DNA from: Actinomycetes bacterium
GTDB lineage: Bacteria > Actinomycetota > Actinomycetes > S36-B12
Direction: 5' to 3'
Assembly: GCA_965662415.1 (NCBI GenBank)
Contig: CBFIHB010000001.1
Coordinates: 1 to 40,388, forward strand
DNA length: 40,388 nucleotides
Part shown: positions 28,498 to 38,225 of the stretch, piece by piece
How positions within the stretch are numbered: the first letter of the stretch is position 1
How the letters are laid out: each line of letters begins with the position of its first letter
Notes under the pieces: model-generated
Databases searched by the model: none
The model's input: only the letters and a program-made list of their open reading frames with translations
Told to the model about the DNA's origin: nothing
Made by a program: the position numbers and the translations under genes

Positions 28498-29183
28498 GCC
28501 CGACCCTCACTGCGCACCAACCTGGCCGCCTCCTGCCGATCGGTGGGGCCTTCACCGAACGACGGACACCAACGCGCGATCGAACAAGCCCCGCACGCCG
28601 GCTTTCGCGAGTGACACACGCGCCGGCCGTGCCACACGACGTAGTGCGAAAGCATCGTGTAGTCCTTCTCCGGGAACAGCAAGGCCACATCTGCCTCGAC
28701 TTTGTCGGGGTTCTTGTGCTCAGTCCAGCCGAAGCGGCGGGCTAGACGACCGAAGTGGGTGTCCACGGTGATGCCCGGAATGCCGAAGGCATTACCGAGG
28801 ACGACATTCGCGGTCTTACGACCCACTCCGGGAAGGGTCACGAGTTCTTCGATTTCGGCAGGAACCTCACCGCCGTAGTCATCGCACAGGCGTTGGGCGA
28901 TTCCTTGGATCGTTTGAGCCTTCTGCCGGAAGAAACCGGTGGGTGTGATGAAGGATTCCAATTCCTGGCGATCAGCACCGGCGTAATCCGCTGCCGAGGG
29001 GAAGACAGCAAAGAGGGCGGGGGTCACCTTGTTCACTCGCTGGTCGGTGCATTGGGCGCTCAATACCGTGGCGACCAGAAGTTCCAAAGGCGTGGTGAAG
29101 TCGAGTTCGCAGTGGGCATCGGGATAGGTATTCGCCAACGCTCGGAAAATCGCTCGTGCCTGTTCACGAGATCCAGGCCGCAT
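28494..29183 (-). CDS. nth: endonuclease III
   Basis: Hh[14 protein letters not shown] and an Fe-S cluster loop C-x6-C-x2-C-x5-C ([17 protein letters not shown]). I chose the ATG at 29183; the track start at 29435 is an over-extension. Confidence 0.92.
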   Translation of the reverse strand: MRPGSREQARAIFRALANTYPDAHCELDFTTPLELLVATVLSAQCTDQRVNKVTPALFAVFPSAADYAGADRQELESFITPTGFFRQKAQTIQGIAQRLCDDYGGEVPAEIEELVTLPGVGRKTANVVLGNAFGIPGITVDTHFGRLARRFGWTEHKNPDKVEADVALLFPEKDYTMLSHYVVWHGRRVCHSRKPACGACSIARWCPSFGEGPTDRQEAARLVRSEGRA

Positions 29184-29371
29184 GGCAGTCGACTTATTCC
29201 CCACACCCGCAAGGGTAAGCGCCCGCCGAGACCCCGGTGAACACGCGACCCACCCGCTCGAAGCACCGACTGTTTCCCCACTGCATGGACCCTGTCCTAT
29301 CGGCGGTAACACACCTACGACAGAATGCCGGTACCAGAGGACTGAGGTTCTTGAACGAGAAGGGCAGGTTC

Positions 29372-30046
29372 GTGGACGACGTTCTGGCCAGCACACCGCT
29401 GTTCTCCGCGCTTGATCCGCAGGGTGCAGCCGCATTGCGGTCGTCCCTACAAGAATTCCGCGTGATCAAGGGCCAAGAACTCTTCCACGAAGGCGAACCT
29501 GGGGATCACCTCTACTTGATCCTCGAGGGCAAGGTCAAACTCGGCCACGGCTCGCCGGACGGCCGCGAATCCTTGATGGCGGTGCTCGGCCCAGGTGAAA
29601 TGTTCGGAGAGCTCAGCCTGTTCGATCCCGGACTTCGCACCTCCACCGCAACAGCACTAACCGACGCGATCGTTCTCGGCCTAGGCAACGAGCAACTGAT
29701 GCCACTGTTGGAAGGGCGGCCTGAAGTCGCAGCCGCACTCCTGCAAGCACTCGCTCGTCGGCTTCGGCGCACGAACGAAGCTATGGCCGATTTGGTGTTC
29801 TCCGATGTGCCTGGGCGCGTGGCAAAGGCCTTGATGGAACTCGGTGAGAAGTTCGGAACGCTCACTCCCGAAGGTTTGCTTGTCACACACGACATGACCC
29901 AAGAGGAATTGGCTCAACTCGTCGGCGCATCCCGCGAAACGGTCAACAAGGCGCTCGCGGAGTTCGGACACCGCGGCTGGATCAAACTGGAATCCCGTCA
30001 GGTGCTGATCATCGATGTCGAGCGACTGGGCAAGCGAGCTCGTTAG
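29372..30046 (+). CDS. crp: Crp/Fnr-family cAMP receptor transcription factor
   Basis: cNMP-binding FGELSLFD...RTSTATA and [26 protein letters not shown]. The GTG at 29372 gives [14 protein letters not shown], like the mycobacterial Crp N-terminus, and GAGAAGGGCAGG lies upstream. Confidence 0.9.
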   Translation: MDDVLASTPLFSALDPQGAAALRSSLQEFRVIKGQELFHEGEPGDHLYLILEGKVKLGHGSPDGRESLMAVLGPGEMFGELSLFDPGLRTSTATALTDAIVLGLGNEQLMPLLEGRPEVAAALLQALARRLRRTNEAMADLVFSDVPGRVAKALMELGEKFGTLTPEGLLVTHDMTQEELAQLVGASRETVNKALAEFGHRGWIKLESRQVLIIDVERLGKRAR

Positions 30047-30063
30047 TCAAGGCGCTGGCGCAC

Positions 30064-30897
30064 CTATTCGTCTCCTTGGCTCGCAAGGAAATCCAACTGC
30101 GCTCGTACCGTCGCTTCGGCAGCTGGCCAGACCTCGCGCGGCACATCCGCATAGACAACTTCGACCACGTCGCGCGCGTTGACTGCTCCTCCTGCGACGG
30201 CAGCTCGAACCTGAGACAGCCGCTCGTATCGGTGCGAGATGTAGTACTCGACCACCCGCTGCGGATTACTGATCACCGGGCCGTGCCCCGGCAGCAGCAC
30301 ACTCACATCCGTTTCAGCACAGATTCGACTCAACTCATTCAAACTCGCGAAGTACTCAGCCAAGCGACCGTCGGGATGCGCAACCAGCGACGTTCCTCGA
30401 CCCAGCACAGTGTCGCCGGTTAGCACGGTTCCATCTACGAGCAGGCACACGCTGTCTGAAGAGTGACCGGGAGTCGCGAGTACCGACATCGCTAAGCCTT
30501 CGATGTCGATCACCTCTCCGGATGCCAGCGATTGCGGATCGCGGCTACCAGGGCCGGGGGTGGCATGGCGCGGATCCCATGCCCGTACGTCCACCCCGTG
30601 GCGCTTAGCGAACTCCGGGGCTCCAGCGGAGTGGTCTACGTGACCGTGCGTCAAGACGACTCCCGCCACGCGGTGTCCACGTTCCTCAATGCGTTGCTCG
30701 ATCGCCTCGCGATGCCCACCCGCGAGCGGCCCAGGATCGACAACCACGCACGCCGATTCGCGGTGTCCGACTATCCAGGTGTTGGTGCCGTCCAGCGTCC
30801 ACGCCGATGCATTGGGGGCCAGCACGCACTCGGTCACGGGTGTGACTTCCCCCCCGGTCCACGGCTCATCACCACCGATGAGGATCCGACCGCTCAC
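30064..30897 (-). CDS. MBL-fold metallo-hydrolase
   Basis: THGHVDHSAG (HxHxDH) with downstream His/Asp ligands. GTGA overlap with the upstream stop. Confidence 0.85.
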   Translation of the reverse strand: MSGRILIGGDEPWTGGEVTPVTECVLAPNASAWTLDGTNTWIVGHRESACVVVDPGPLAGGHREAIEQRIEERGHRVAGVVLTHGHVDHSAGAPEFAKRHGVDVRAWDPRHATPGPGSRDPQSLASGEVIDIEGLAMSVLATPGHSSDSVCLLVDGTVLTGDTVLGRGTSLVAHPDGRLAEYFASLNELSRICAETDVSVLLPGHGPVISNPQRVVEYYISHRYERLSQVRAAVAGGAVNARDVVEVVYADVPREVWPAAEATVRAQLDFLASQGDE

Positions 30898-31529
30898 AGC
30901 AACTCGGCTCCGTCGGTCTCGGCTCGAGCCGGACCTTCGATGCCCGAGGCCAGGACCTCACCGCTTGACGCATCAATCACATCCCACGTGCCGTCTCCAC
31001 GTAACCGGGGCAACTTGGCGCGGACCTCGCAGCTATCTTCAAAGACCCCGCCAACAAGGCCTTCGAGCACAGCCGAAGTCGGACGCAGCATCGGCAACTC
31101 GCCGCGGCCGTGTAATCGCAGGGCCTCGCGGGGTTCTAGCCAGACCATCGCATCCGCCTCGCTCGTACTGAGTTCACCACATTCATCGGTCTCAGCCAAA
31201 TAGAAGAAGACGTCGTAGCGACGCTCTTCGATTTCGGGCGTTACCCACCTATCGATCAATGTGCAAGTGGTCACGTGAATCGCTACTTCCTCGAGTGTTT
31301 CACGCACTGCGCACGCCAGTAGCGGGTCAGGATGTTGGTGATCAACTGCATCAAGTCCGCCTCCGGGAAACACATGCATACCCGGGGCGAAGGCCATCGA
31401 GAGTGCTCGCCGCATCAACAAGACTTCGCCATTTCGAATCAGCACCATCGTTGCCGCCGGCCGCGGCTCGGGTGGGACCCAACGGCCGTCTCCGGCTAGC
31501 AGCGAGGACTGCCGGGTGCGACGATCCAC
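30894..31529 (-). CDS. NUDIX hydrolase
   Basis: Nudix box GGGLDAVDHQHPDPLLACAVRETLEEVAI. GTG start 2 nt after the ridA stop. Confidence 0.75.
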   Translation of the reverse strand: MDRRTRQSSLLAGDGRWVPPEPRPAATMVLIRNGEVLLMRRALSMAFAPGMHVFPGGGLDAVDHQHPDPLLACAVRETLEEVAIHVTTCTLIDRWVTPEIEERRYDVFFYLAETDECGELSTSEADAMVWLEPREALRLHGRGELPMLRPTSAVLEGLVGGVFEDSCEVRAKLPRLRGDGTWDVIDASSGEVLASGIEGPARAETDGAELL

Positions 31530-31531
31530 GG

Positions 31532-31999
31532 TCAGTCGGAGACCTCGACGATCATTTCCACTTCGACCGGGGCATCCTTCGGCAGCGCGGCGACACCTAC
31601 TGCCGAGCGCGCATGTACCCCGGCTTCCCCGAAGATCTCGCCCAACAAATCGCTCGTTCCGTTGATGATCGCCGGTTGCCCGGTGAAGTCGGGGGCGCTG
31701 GCGACGAATCCGACAACCTTCACCACCTGGGTAACACGATCGATGTCACCAACCACCGACACGATGGCAGCGAGTGCATTGAGTGCACACACCCGCGCGC
31801 ACTCGATAGCTGTCTCTTGATCGACATCTGCGCCGACCTTGCCCGTGGCGATCAACTCCCCGTCCACGAGTGGTAATTGCCCGGAGGTGTAGACCATGTT
31901 CCCCGAGCGCTGTGCGGGGATGTAGGACGCAAGTGGTGCCGCTACCTCGGGCAGGGCAAGGCCCATCTCGATGAGCCTGGTGCTTGTCGCCATATCCAT
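31532..31999 (-). CDS. RidA/YjgF family protein
   Basis: 155 aa with SGQLPL..G..., ARSAVGVAALP..APVEVE, typical of the RidA family. Confidence 0.88.
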   Translation of the reverse strand: MDMATSTRLIEMGLALPEVAAPLASYIPAQRSGNMVYTSGQLPLVDGELIATGKVGADVDQETAIECARVCALNALAAIVSVVGDIDRVTQVVKVVGFVASAPDFTGQPAIINGTSDLLGEIFGEAGVHARSAVGVAALPKDAPVEVEMIVEVSD

Positions 32000-32008
32000 C
32001 TACTCCGC

Positions 32009-32167
32009 TCAGCCTTCGATGGGACGCTTGAGATAGGCGACCATATTCTCGGCATTGGGCCCAGGAACCACCTGGACGAGTTCCCACCCGTCTTGTCCCC
32101 AGGTGTCGAGGATCTGCTTGGTGGCGTGGATCAACAGCGGAACGGTCGCGTACTCCCACTTCGTCAT
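32009..32167 (-). CDS. DUF4177 domain small protein
   Basis: 52 aa from the ATG at 32167. MTKWEYATVPL...LDTWGQDGWELVQVVPG matches the DUF4177 pattern. Confidence 0.68.
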   Translation of the reverse strand: MTKWEYATVPLLIHATKQILDTWGQDGWELVQVVPGPNAENMVAYLKRPIEG

Positions 32168-32239
32168 GGTCGCCAGCGTATCTGCTGCACCGCGCAACGT
32201 CATCGGCTACATGACTAGGTACGTGAATAGGGTGGAGTA

Positions 32240-33229
32240 GTGAGTGAAGCCCTCTGGCCCGGCGTCAGCCTGCACGTCGTGTCCGGCAAGGGAGGCACCG
32301 GAAAGACCACTGTCGCCGCAGCGTTGGCAATGTCTCTAGCTAGGGATGGGCGCCGCACTTTGCTGATGGAGGTCGAGGGTCGTCAGGGCATCGCGCAACT
32401 ATTCGACGTCCCACCGTTGCCGTACGAGGAGCGCAAGGTGGCGGTCGCACCCGGGGGTGGTGAGGTCTGGGCCCTTGCAGTCGATCCGGAGGATGCCCTC
32501 CTGGACTATCTCGAGATCTTCTACAACCTACGGCGGGCCGGATCTGCGTTGCGGCGGATGGGCGCGGTCGATTTCGCAACCACGATCGCCCCCGGCCTGC
32601 GCGATGTCCTGCTCACCGGCAAGGCGTGCGAGGTGGTTCGACGTTCGGACAAGGACGCCTCGGATGCCTACGACGCAGTAGTCCTCGATGCACCTCCGAC
32701 TGGGCGGATCACCCGCTTCTTGAACGTGAACAACGAAGTCTCTGGACTAGCGAAGGTCGGCCCCATCAGGAACCACGCAGATCTGGTGATGGGTGTCATC
32801 GCCTCACCTCGCACCGCTGTTCATCTGGTGACCCTCCTCGAGGAGATGCCTGTGCAGGAGACGGTGGACGGAGTTGCCGAACTCCGTGAAGCTGGACTGC
32901 CGGTAGGCGGAGTAATCGTGAACATGAACCGCACGCCGGTTCTGACCGATTCGGAGATGGCACTAGCCATTGCCCACGAACTGCCGTTAGCGGAGATCAC
33001 AGACGTCGTGTCTTCCACAGGGCTGGCAACCAAGGCTCCGATGATCGCCGAAGCACTCATTCGCGAAGGTGATGACCACGCACTGCGAGTAGAACTCGAA
33101 CGCCGCGAGTTCGCGCGTCTGGAAGACCTCGACGTGCCGATCCTGCGGCTACCGTTCCTCAGCGGCGGAATCGACCTCGCCAGTTTGTACGAACTATCGA
33201 CCGACCTCACCGAGCAGGGTGTGCGCTGA
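32240..33229 (+). CDS. ArsA/Get3-like P-loop ATPase (first of pair)
   Basis: Deviant Walker A SGKGGTGKTTVAAALA and DAPPTGR. GTG start with GGTGGAG SD. Confidence 0.85.
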   Translation: MSEALWPGVSLHVVSGKGGTGKTTVAAALAMSLARDGRRTLLMEVEGRQGIAQLFDVPPLPYEERKVAVAPGGGEVWALAVDPEDALLDYLEIFYNLRRAGSALRRMGAVDFATTIAPGLRDVLLTGKACEVVRRSDKDASDAYDAVVLDAPPTGRITRFLNVNNEVSGLAKVGPIRNHADLVMGVIASPRTAVHLVTLLEEMPVQETVDGVAELREAGLPVGGVIVNMNRTPVLTDSEMALAIAHELPLAEITDVVSSTGLATKAPMIAEALIREGDDHALRVELERREFARLEDLDVPILRLPFLSGGIDLASLYELSTDLTEQGVR

Positions 33230-34371
33230 TGGATGCCCCTCACCTGAAGGTCGACGAACTCCTCGATGATCCGGGGGTCTCGATCCTGGTGTGCACCGGC
33301 GCAGGCGGTGTGGGTAAGACCACTACCGCTGCGGCCCTGGCATTGCGCGCCGCCGAGCGCGGGCGTCATGTCTGTGTCTTGACGATTGATCCCGCTCGCC
33401 GCCTTGCGCAAGCCATGGGCCTGACCGAACTGGACAACAACCCGCGCGAGGTCCCCGGTATTGACGGCTCCGGCTCGCTGCACGCCATGATGCTGGACAT
33501 GAAGCGCACCTTCGACGAAGTCGTCGAGGCGCATGCCGATCCCGAACGCGCTTCGCAGATTCTCGATAACCCCTTCTACCAAGCGTTGTCGTCGTCCTTT
33601 GCCGGGACTCAGGAATACATGGCGATGGAGAAACTCGGTCAGCTGCATGCGGACGCCGAGGCGCCGTGGGACCTCATCATCGTGGACACACCGCCCTCGC
33701 GTAGCGCACTGGATTTCTTGGACGCTCCCGCTCGTTTGGGTTCCTTCCTCGATGGTCGCTTCATCCGCATCTTGACCGCCCCGGCGCGCGGCGCGGGGCG
33801 AGGCCTCGGTCGACTTGCTGTCGCAGGGTTCGGGATCTTCACCGGGGTGTTGAGCAAAATCCTTGGCGCGCAAGTGCTCGCTGATGTCGGCACGTTCGTC
33901 GCCGCGATCGACACCACGTTCGGCGGATTCCGCGAACGGGCTGACGCCACCTTCTCCTTATTGCAACAGCCGAGTACCGCGTTCCTTGTGGTCGCTACCC
34001 CGGAGAGCGACGCACTCCGGGAGGCGTCGTACTTCGTGGAACGGCTTCAGCAGGAGGACATGCCACTGGGGGGCTTGATCGTAAACCGGGTGCAGGAAGT
34101 CGATCAGGATCTCATGACCGCAGACACCGCGGCGGCTACCGCCGAGCAGTTGGCTGCGACGCGAGGTGAGGATGATCTCACCGCCCGTCTTTTGGATCTG
34201 CACGCCGCTCGGCTGCGCATCCGCGAACGCCAGCATCACTTAACCGAACGTTTCAGCGGAGCCCATCCGGGCGTCGCGAGCGCTCAGGTACCCGCGCTCG
34301 CAGAAGACGTGCACGATCTCGAGGGCCTACGCGAGGTAGGCGAACTGCTCGCGCTTGGCCGGTCGGTCTAG
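33229..34371 (+). CDS. ArsA/Get3-like P-loop ATPase (second of pair)
   Basis: Walker A TGAGGVGKTTTAAALA and DTPPSRSALDFL. Its start overlaps the upstream stop (TGATG). Confidence 0.85.
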   Translation: MDAPHLKVDELLDDPGVSILVCTGAGGVGKTTTAAALALRAAERGRHVCVLTIDPARRLAQAMGLTELDNNPREVPGIDGSGSLHAMMLDMKRTFDEVVEAHADPERASQILDNPFYQALSSSFAGTQEYMAMEKLGQLHADAEAPWDLIIVDTPPSRSALDFLDAPARLGSFLDGRFIRILTAPARGAGRGLGRLAVAGFGIFTGVLSKILGAQVLADVGTFVAAIDTTFGGFRERADATFSLLQQPSTAFLVVATPESDALREASYFVERLQQEDMPLGGLIVNRVQEVDQDLMTADTAAATAEQLAATRGEDDLTARLLDLHAARLRIRERQHHLTERFSGAHPGVASAQVPALAEDVHDLEGLREVGELLALGRSV

Positions 34372-34718
34372 GAAGCGCGAGTCGGGCTAAGGATCGCGCG
34401 GCGCTCGTACTCAGTCTGCGCCGTCTGCAGCAGATTCCTCCACGAGGTTACGTGCGGACGACGACGCAGGAGTGCCCGACGCTCCCGTTCGGTCATGCCA
34501 CCCCAGACTCCGAACTCAACACGGTTATCGAGGGCATCAGCCAGACACTCGGTGCGCACGTCGCAGCCCATGCAGATCGCCTTGGCGCGGTTCTGGGCCG
34601 CCCCTTGGACGAACAGTGAGTCCGGATCGGTGGTTCGGCACGCTGCCCGCGCGGCCCAGTCGCTGTCCAAGGACGTCACGTCGCTTCCTCCTGCGAATGT
34701 TCGATGGTGGTCGGCCAT
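34368..34718 (-). CDS. whiB: WhiB-family Fe-S transcription factor (WhiB4-position)
   Basis: Four Cys (ACRTTDP ... CMGCDVRTEC), a GVWGG turn and a basic C-terminus. Divergent from ponA, as in mycobacteria. Confidence 0.9.
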   Translation of the reverse strand: MADHHRTFAGGSDVTSLDSDWAARAACRTTDPDSLFVQGAAQNRAKAICMGCDVRTECLADALDNRVEFGVWGGMTERERRALLRRRPHVTSWRNLLQTAQTEYERRAILSPTRAS

Positions 34719-34763
34719 GTCGTGGACGCGGACAGTACGCCTGCCGCACCGGGCAGGCTAGGG

Positions 34764-34812
34764 TAAAAAGCACCATGTATAAATAGTCGTTTATAACTAT
34801 GCAACTAAACGA
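34764..34812. promoter_or_regulatory. AT-rich island in the whiB/ponA divergent intergenic region, with TATAAA-N6-TTTATA palindrome
   Basis: Hand count gives about one-third GC over roughly 50 nt, against a visibly GC-rich background. The palindrome is at 34778-34795, and TATAAT-like hexamers occur on both strands. Confidence 0.4.
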
Positions 34813-35024
34813 CCCTCGATTTCCCTCATACACGTGCGTGTGGACACTTGGAGGGGACACGCTCACAACGGGCCCGTGACGTAATTGCGACACAAATCGA
34901 TGCGGCTTGCACTACCTCCGACGCGATCGTGCCTCGTATTGGTAACCCGTGACCGTTCTTCGCCATCCGGATGACCGCCGCCTACCGCGGGTAAGGGAAC
35001 CCTGGCGCTTACCCTGGTCGTCCC

Positions 35025-37703
35025 ATGAGTATGCGATCCGACGAGGCTTACGACGAGGCTTACGACGACGCCTCGAGCGCTCGGCGCCGCCTCAGTCCAC
35101 TGGGCGTCCTCGGCCGTCTAGGCGGATTGGTCGTGGGGGCGGTGATCGCCGGTCTCATCGTCGGCTTGATGGTGATGCCCTTCGCTGGCGCCGCCGGGGT
35201 CGTGACACGGGATGTCATCACCGATTTCGAATCCCTCCCCGACGCACTGAGTACACCCCCTCTGCCCGAGCGTTCGGTGATCCTCGCTTCGGACGGCTCG
35301 CTCCTGGCAACGCTGTACTACCAAAACAGGGTCGAAGTCCCCCTCGAGAGCATCGCCCCGGTGATGCGTCAGGCGATCGTGGCCATCGAGGACGCACGCT
35401 TCCTTGAACACAACGGAGTCGACGCACGAGGAGTCGTCCGAGCGTTGGCCCGGAACACTACGGCCGGCGAGATCGAGCAGGGCTCATCGACATTGACGAT
35501 GCAGTACATCAAGAACGTCCTGGTGAACCAGGCCACTTCCGCCGAAGAACTCGACGCAGCACGAGGGGACAGCTTCACCCGGAAGATCCGGGAGGCACGA
35601 CTTGCCTTGGCTTTGGAGAAGCGCTTCAGCAAGGGCGAGATCCTCGCTCGCTATTTGAACATCGCGTACTTCGGATCGGGTGCATACGGAGTCGAAGCTG
35701 CCGCACGCCGCTACTTCTCCAAGCCGGCCGCCGAATTGAACCTGACCGAAGCCGCCACACTGGCAGGCATTGTCAAGGGACCGACTGCTTACGATCCACT
35801 GCGCAATCCGAACAACGCCGCACAGCGGCGCAACGTCATCTTGAACCGCATGGCGCAGCTGGGTTACATCTCTCGCGAGCAAGCTGACCGTGCAGCCGCG
35901 GTCCCGATGGAAGACGTACTGAATCCGACGCGCACCTCCAATGGATGCACGTCGTCATACGCACCCTTCTTCTGCGACTACGTCCTGCAGACGATCTTGA
36001 GTAGCGAAGCGTTCGGCGAGACTCCCGAGGAGCGCGAAGCATTCTTGCGTCGCGGCGGTTACACCATCCGCACCACCCTCGATCCAGGTATTCAGCAGGC
36101 GGCAACCGAGACAGTCAACGAGTTCATTCCGTCGAAGGATGACAGCCGCAAAGCCGCGGCTGTCACCATGATCGAACCCGGAACCGGCAACATCATCGCC
36201 ATGACCCAGAACCGTGATTGGGGAACGTCGGGAATTGGGAACACCACCTACAACTACAACACCGATCGCGCGATGGGCGGCACGATCGGTATGCAGGCCG
36301 GATCGACGTTCAAGATCTTTACCCTCGCAGCCGCACTCGAAGCGGGGATCTCGCCTTTCGAACCGATCAGTTCGCCGAGCCCGGCTACGTTCGAAGGTTT
36401 CGTGAACTGTGAGACCGGTGTTCCGTTCCCACCGGTCACCGTCCGCAACTCCACGACCGGCGGCACCTTGACGATGGCGCAAGCCACCGCCTTCTCTACG
36501 AATACCTACTTCATGGCGATCGAGGAGCGCACCGGTCTGTGTCGCCCAGCGGAGATCGCTGAAGCGATGGGCGTCTTCACCGGCGGCGGCGAGGAACTCC
36601 CGCGAGTGCCCTCACTGACTTTGGGCTCGGCCGAAGTGACTCCGCTGGCCATGGCCAACGCGTACGCCACGTTCGCCGCGCACGGCGAGTACTGCGCGCC
36701 ACGCTCGATCCTGGAAGTCCGTGACCGCGAACAGCGCCGGATGCCGATTCCTCCGGAGGACTGCACCCAAGTGGTCGATCGCCCAGTGGCGGATTCTGTG
36801 ACCGAACTCCTCACCGGCGTGGTTGACGGACCGATCTCAGGACGAACTGGCGCGCGCATGTCCCTCGGCGATCAGCCCGCCGCCGGCAAGACCGGCACCA
36901 CGAACGATTCAGCGGCGGTCTGGTTCGCCGGCTACACACCGCACGTTGCTGCCGCTGTATGGGTTGGTGATCCACGTGGCGGCTTCGCACATCCGCTAAA
37001 GGACATCACCATCAACGGCCAGTACTACTCCCAGGTGTTCGGTGGCACGCTCGCCGGACCGATCTGGAAAGCGAGTATGGAGGCCGCTCTCGCCGATAAG
37101 CCGATCGAACAGTTCAACCTCGATACCGGGCTGCCGACAGCCGTCTTCACCGTCAACAAGATCCCCGACCTCGTCGGTCTGGTCAATTCGGACGAGATCC
37201 TGCGACGCCTGGCCGAGAACGATCTCGAACTCGGATCCCTGGCGGAGGTAGACGCACCGCAGCCGGCGGGAACGGTGGTCAGCCAGAATCCCCCCGCTGG
37301 TGGCACGGTGATTCCGGGCAGTGGCGTGGACATCGTCGTCTCTACCGGTTTCAACACGATCCCCGAGGGCCGCGGATCTCCGCTGCAGGACGCCATAACT
37401 CTGATGGAGCGCGCGGGCTACGGCGTACAGCTGGTTCCTGCGAACGATCCGAACTCTCCCCCGAACGTGGTCATCGCGCAGTCGGTTCCCGCGCAGACCA
37501 TCATGCCCGTGGGCACCGTAGTCACGCTCACCTTCAACAACCTCGGCCAAGATCCAGCACCGGATCCAGCACCGGATCCAGCACCGGATCCCGCACAGCC
37601 TCAGCCAGCACCAGCACCGGATCCCGCGCAGCCGCAGCCGGCACCGCAACCCGCGGACCCCGGTCCAACAGAGGTGCCAGCACCGATCGTGCCGATTGAG
37701 TAG
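35025..37703 (+). CDS. ponA: class A penicillin-binding protein (transglycosylase/transpeptidase) with PASTA domain and Pro-rich tail
   Basis: GT51 motifs EDARFLEHNGVD and GSSTLTMQY. Transpeptidase motifs STFK and KTGT. PASTA-like segment IPDLVGL...VVSQNPPAGG. C-terminal DPAPDPAPDPAPDPAQPQPAP tail. Confidence 0.93.
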   Translation: MSMRSDEAYDEAYDDASSARRRLSPLGVLGRLGGLVVGAVIAGLIVGLMVMPFAGAAGVVTRDVITDFESLPDALSTPPLPERSVILASDGSLLATLYYQNRVEVPLESIAPVMRQAIVAIEDARFLEHNGVDARGVVRALARNTTAGEIEQGSSTLTMQYIKNVLVNQATSAEELDAARGDSFTRKIREARLALALEKRFSKGEILARYLNIAYFGSGAYGVEAAARRYFSKPAAELNLTEAATLAGIVKGPTAYDPLRNPNNAAQRRNVILNRMAQLGYISREQADRAAAVPMEDVLNPTRTSNGCTSSYAPFFCDYVLQTILSSEAFGETPEEREAFLRRGGYTIRTTLDPGIQQAATETVNEFIPSKDDSRKAAAVTMIEPGTGNIIAMTQNRDWGTSGIGNTTYNYNTDRAMGGTIGMQAGSTFKIFTLAAALEAGISPFEPISSPSPATFEGFVNCETGVPFPPVTVRNSTTGGTLTMAQATAFSTNTYFMAIEERTGLCRPAEIAEAMGVFTGGGEELPRVPSLTLGSAEVTPLAMANAYATFAAHGEYCAPRSILEVRDREQRRMPIPPEDCTQVVDRPVADSVTELLTGVVDGPISGRTGARMSLGDQPAAGKTGTTNDSAAVWFAGYTPHVAAAVWVGDPRGGFAHPLKDITINGQYYSQVFGGTLAGPIWKASMEAALADKPIEQFNLDTGLPTAVFTVNKIPDLVGLVNSDEILRRLAENDLELGSLAEVDAPQPAGTVVSQNPPAGGTVIPGSGVDIVVSTGFNTIPEGRGSPLQDAITLMERAGYGVQLVPANDPNSPPNVVIAQSVPAQTIMPVGTVVTLTFNNLGQDPAPDPAPDPAPDPAQPQPAPAPDPAQPQPAPQPADPGPTEVPAPIVPIE
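37551..37650 (+). repeat. coding tandem repeat (12-nt unit GATCCAGCACCG x3 plus diverged longer units)
   Basis: Three perfect consecutive 12-mers at 37551-37586, followed by two copies of a unit of about 33 nt (GGATCCCGCRCAGCCKCAGCC.GCACC). Confidence 0.9.
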
Positions 37704-37710
37704 TGCTGAG

Positions 37711-38175
37711 TCACATACCCAGCGCGGACTTCACCAGCGCTGCGACCTGACCACCGTCTGCGCGGCCCTTCACCTTCGGCTGCACGATCTTCATGACCTC
37801 ACCCATGGCCTTACCGCCCTCAGCGCCTGACACCGCTACTTCGGCTACCGCTGCGTCCACGATCGCCCGCACTTCGTCTTCGGACATCTGCGCGGGCAAG
37901 TACTCCTCGATGATCACGAGCTCCGCGCGCTCCTTGTCAGCCAACTCAGTTCGACTAGCGTCGTCGTAAGCCTCGGCGGCTTCGCGGCGCTTCTTGGCCT
38001 CGCGACCCAGCACGGTGATGACGTCGTCGTCGGTCAACTCGCGCGCTTCCTTGCCCGAGACCTCCTCGGTGGTGATCGCCGCGAGAACCATCCGGAGGGT
38101 TCCGGACTTCACCTCGTCGCGACCCTTGATGGAGGCGGTCAAATCCGATTGCAGACGATCCTTCAACTCGGCCAT
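37711..38175 (-). CDS. GatB/YqeY domain protein
   Basis: 154 aa from the ATG at 38175. LKDRLQSDLTASIKGRDEVKSGTLRMVLAAITTEEV and the C-terminus KAMGEVMKIVQPKVKGRADGGQVAALVK match YqeY. Confidence 0.85.
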   Translation of the reverse strand: MAELKDRLQSDLTASIKGRDEVKSGTLRMVLAAITTEEVSGKEARELTDDDVITVLGREAKKRREAAEAYDDASRTELADKERAELVIIEEYLPAQMSEDEVRAIVDAAVAEVAVSGAEGGKAMGEVMKIVQPKVKGRADGGQVAALVKSALGM

Positions 38176-38225
38176 GGGCGCATCTTGCCACCGCCCACCC
38201 ACACCGCCCGTGCGATCATGGTCCG

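Noticed and set aside
29184-29371. Crp binding site (TGTGA-N6-TCACA) in the nth/crp divergent region.
   Set aside because: The best candidates (GGTGAACACGCGACCCAC, GGTAACACACCTACGA) match only one half-site. This is not convincing without a position weight matrix scan.
34764-34812. AT-rich palindromic core as a chromosome dif site.
   Set aside because: It does not match the conserved ATAATG..ATTATG-type XerC/D core that I recall. The flanking genes (topA-to-ponA synteny block) are origin-proximal rather than terminus-proximal in related genomes.
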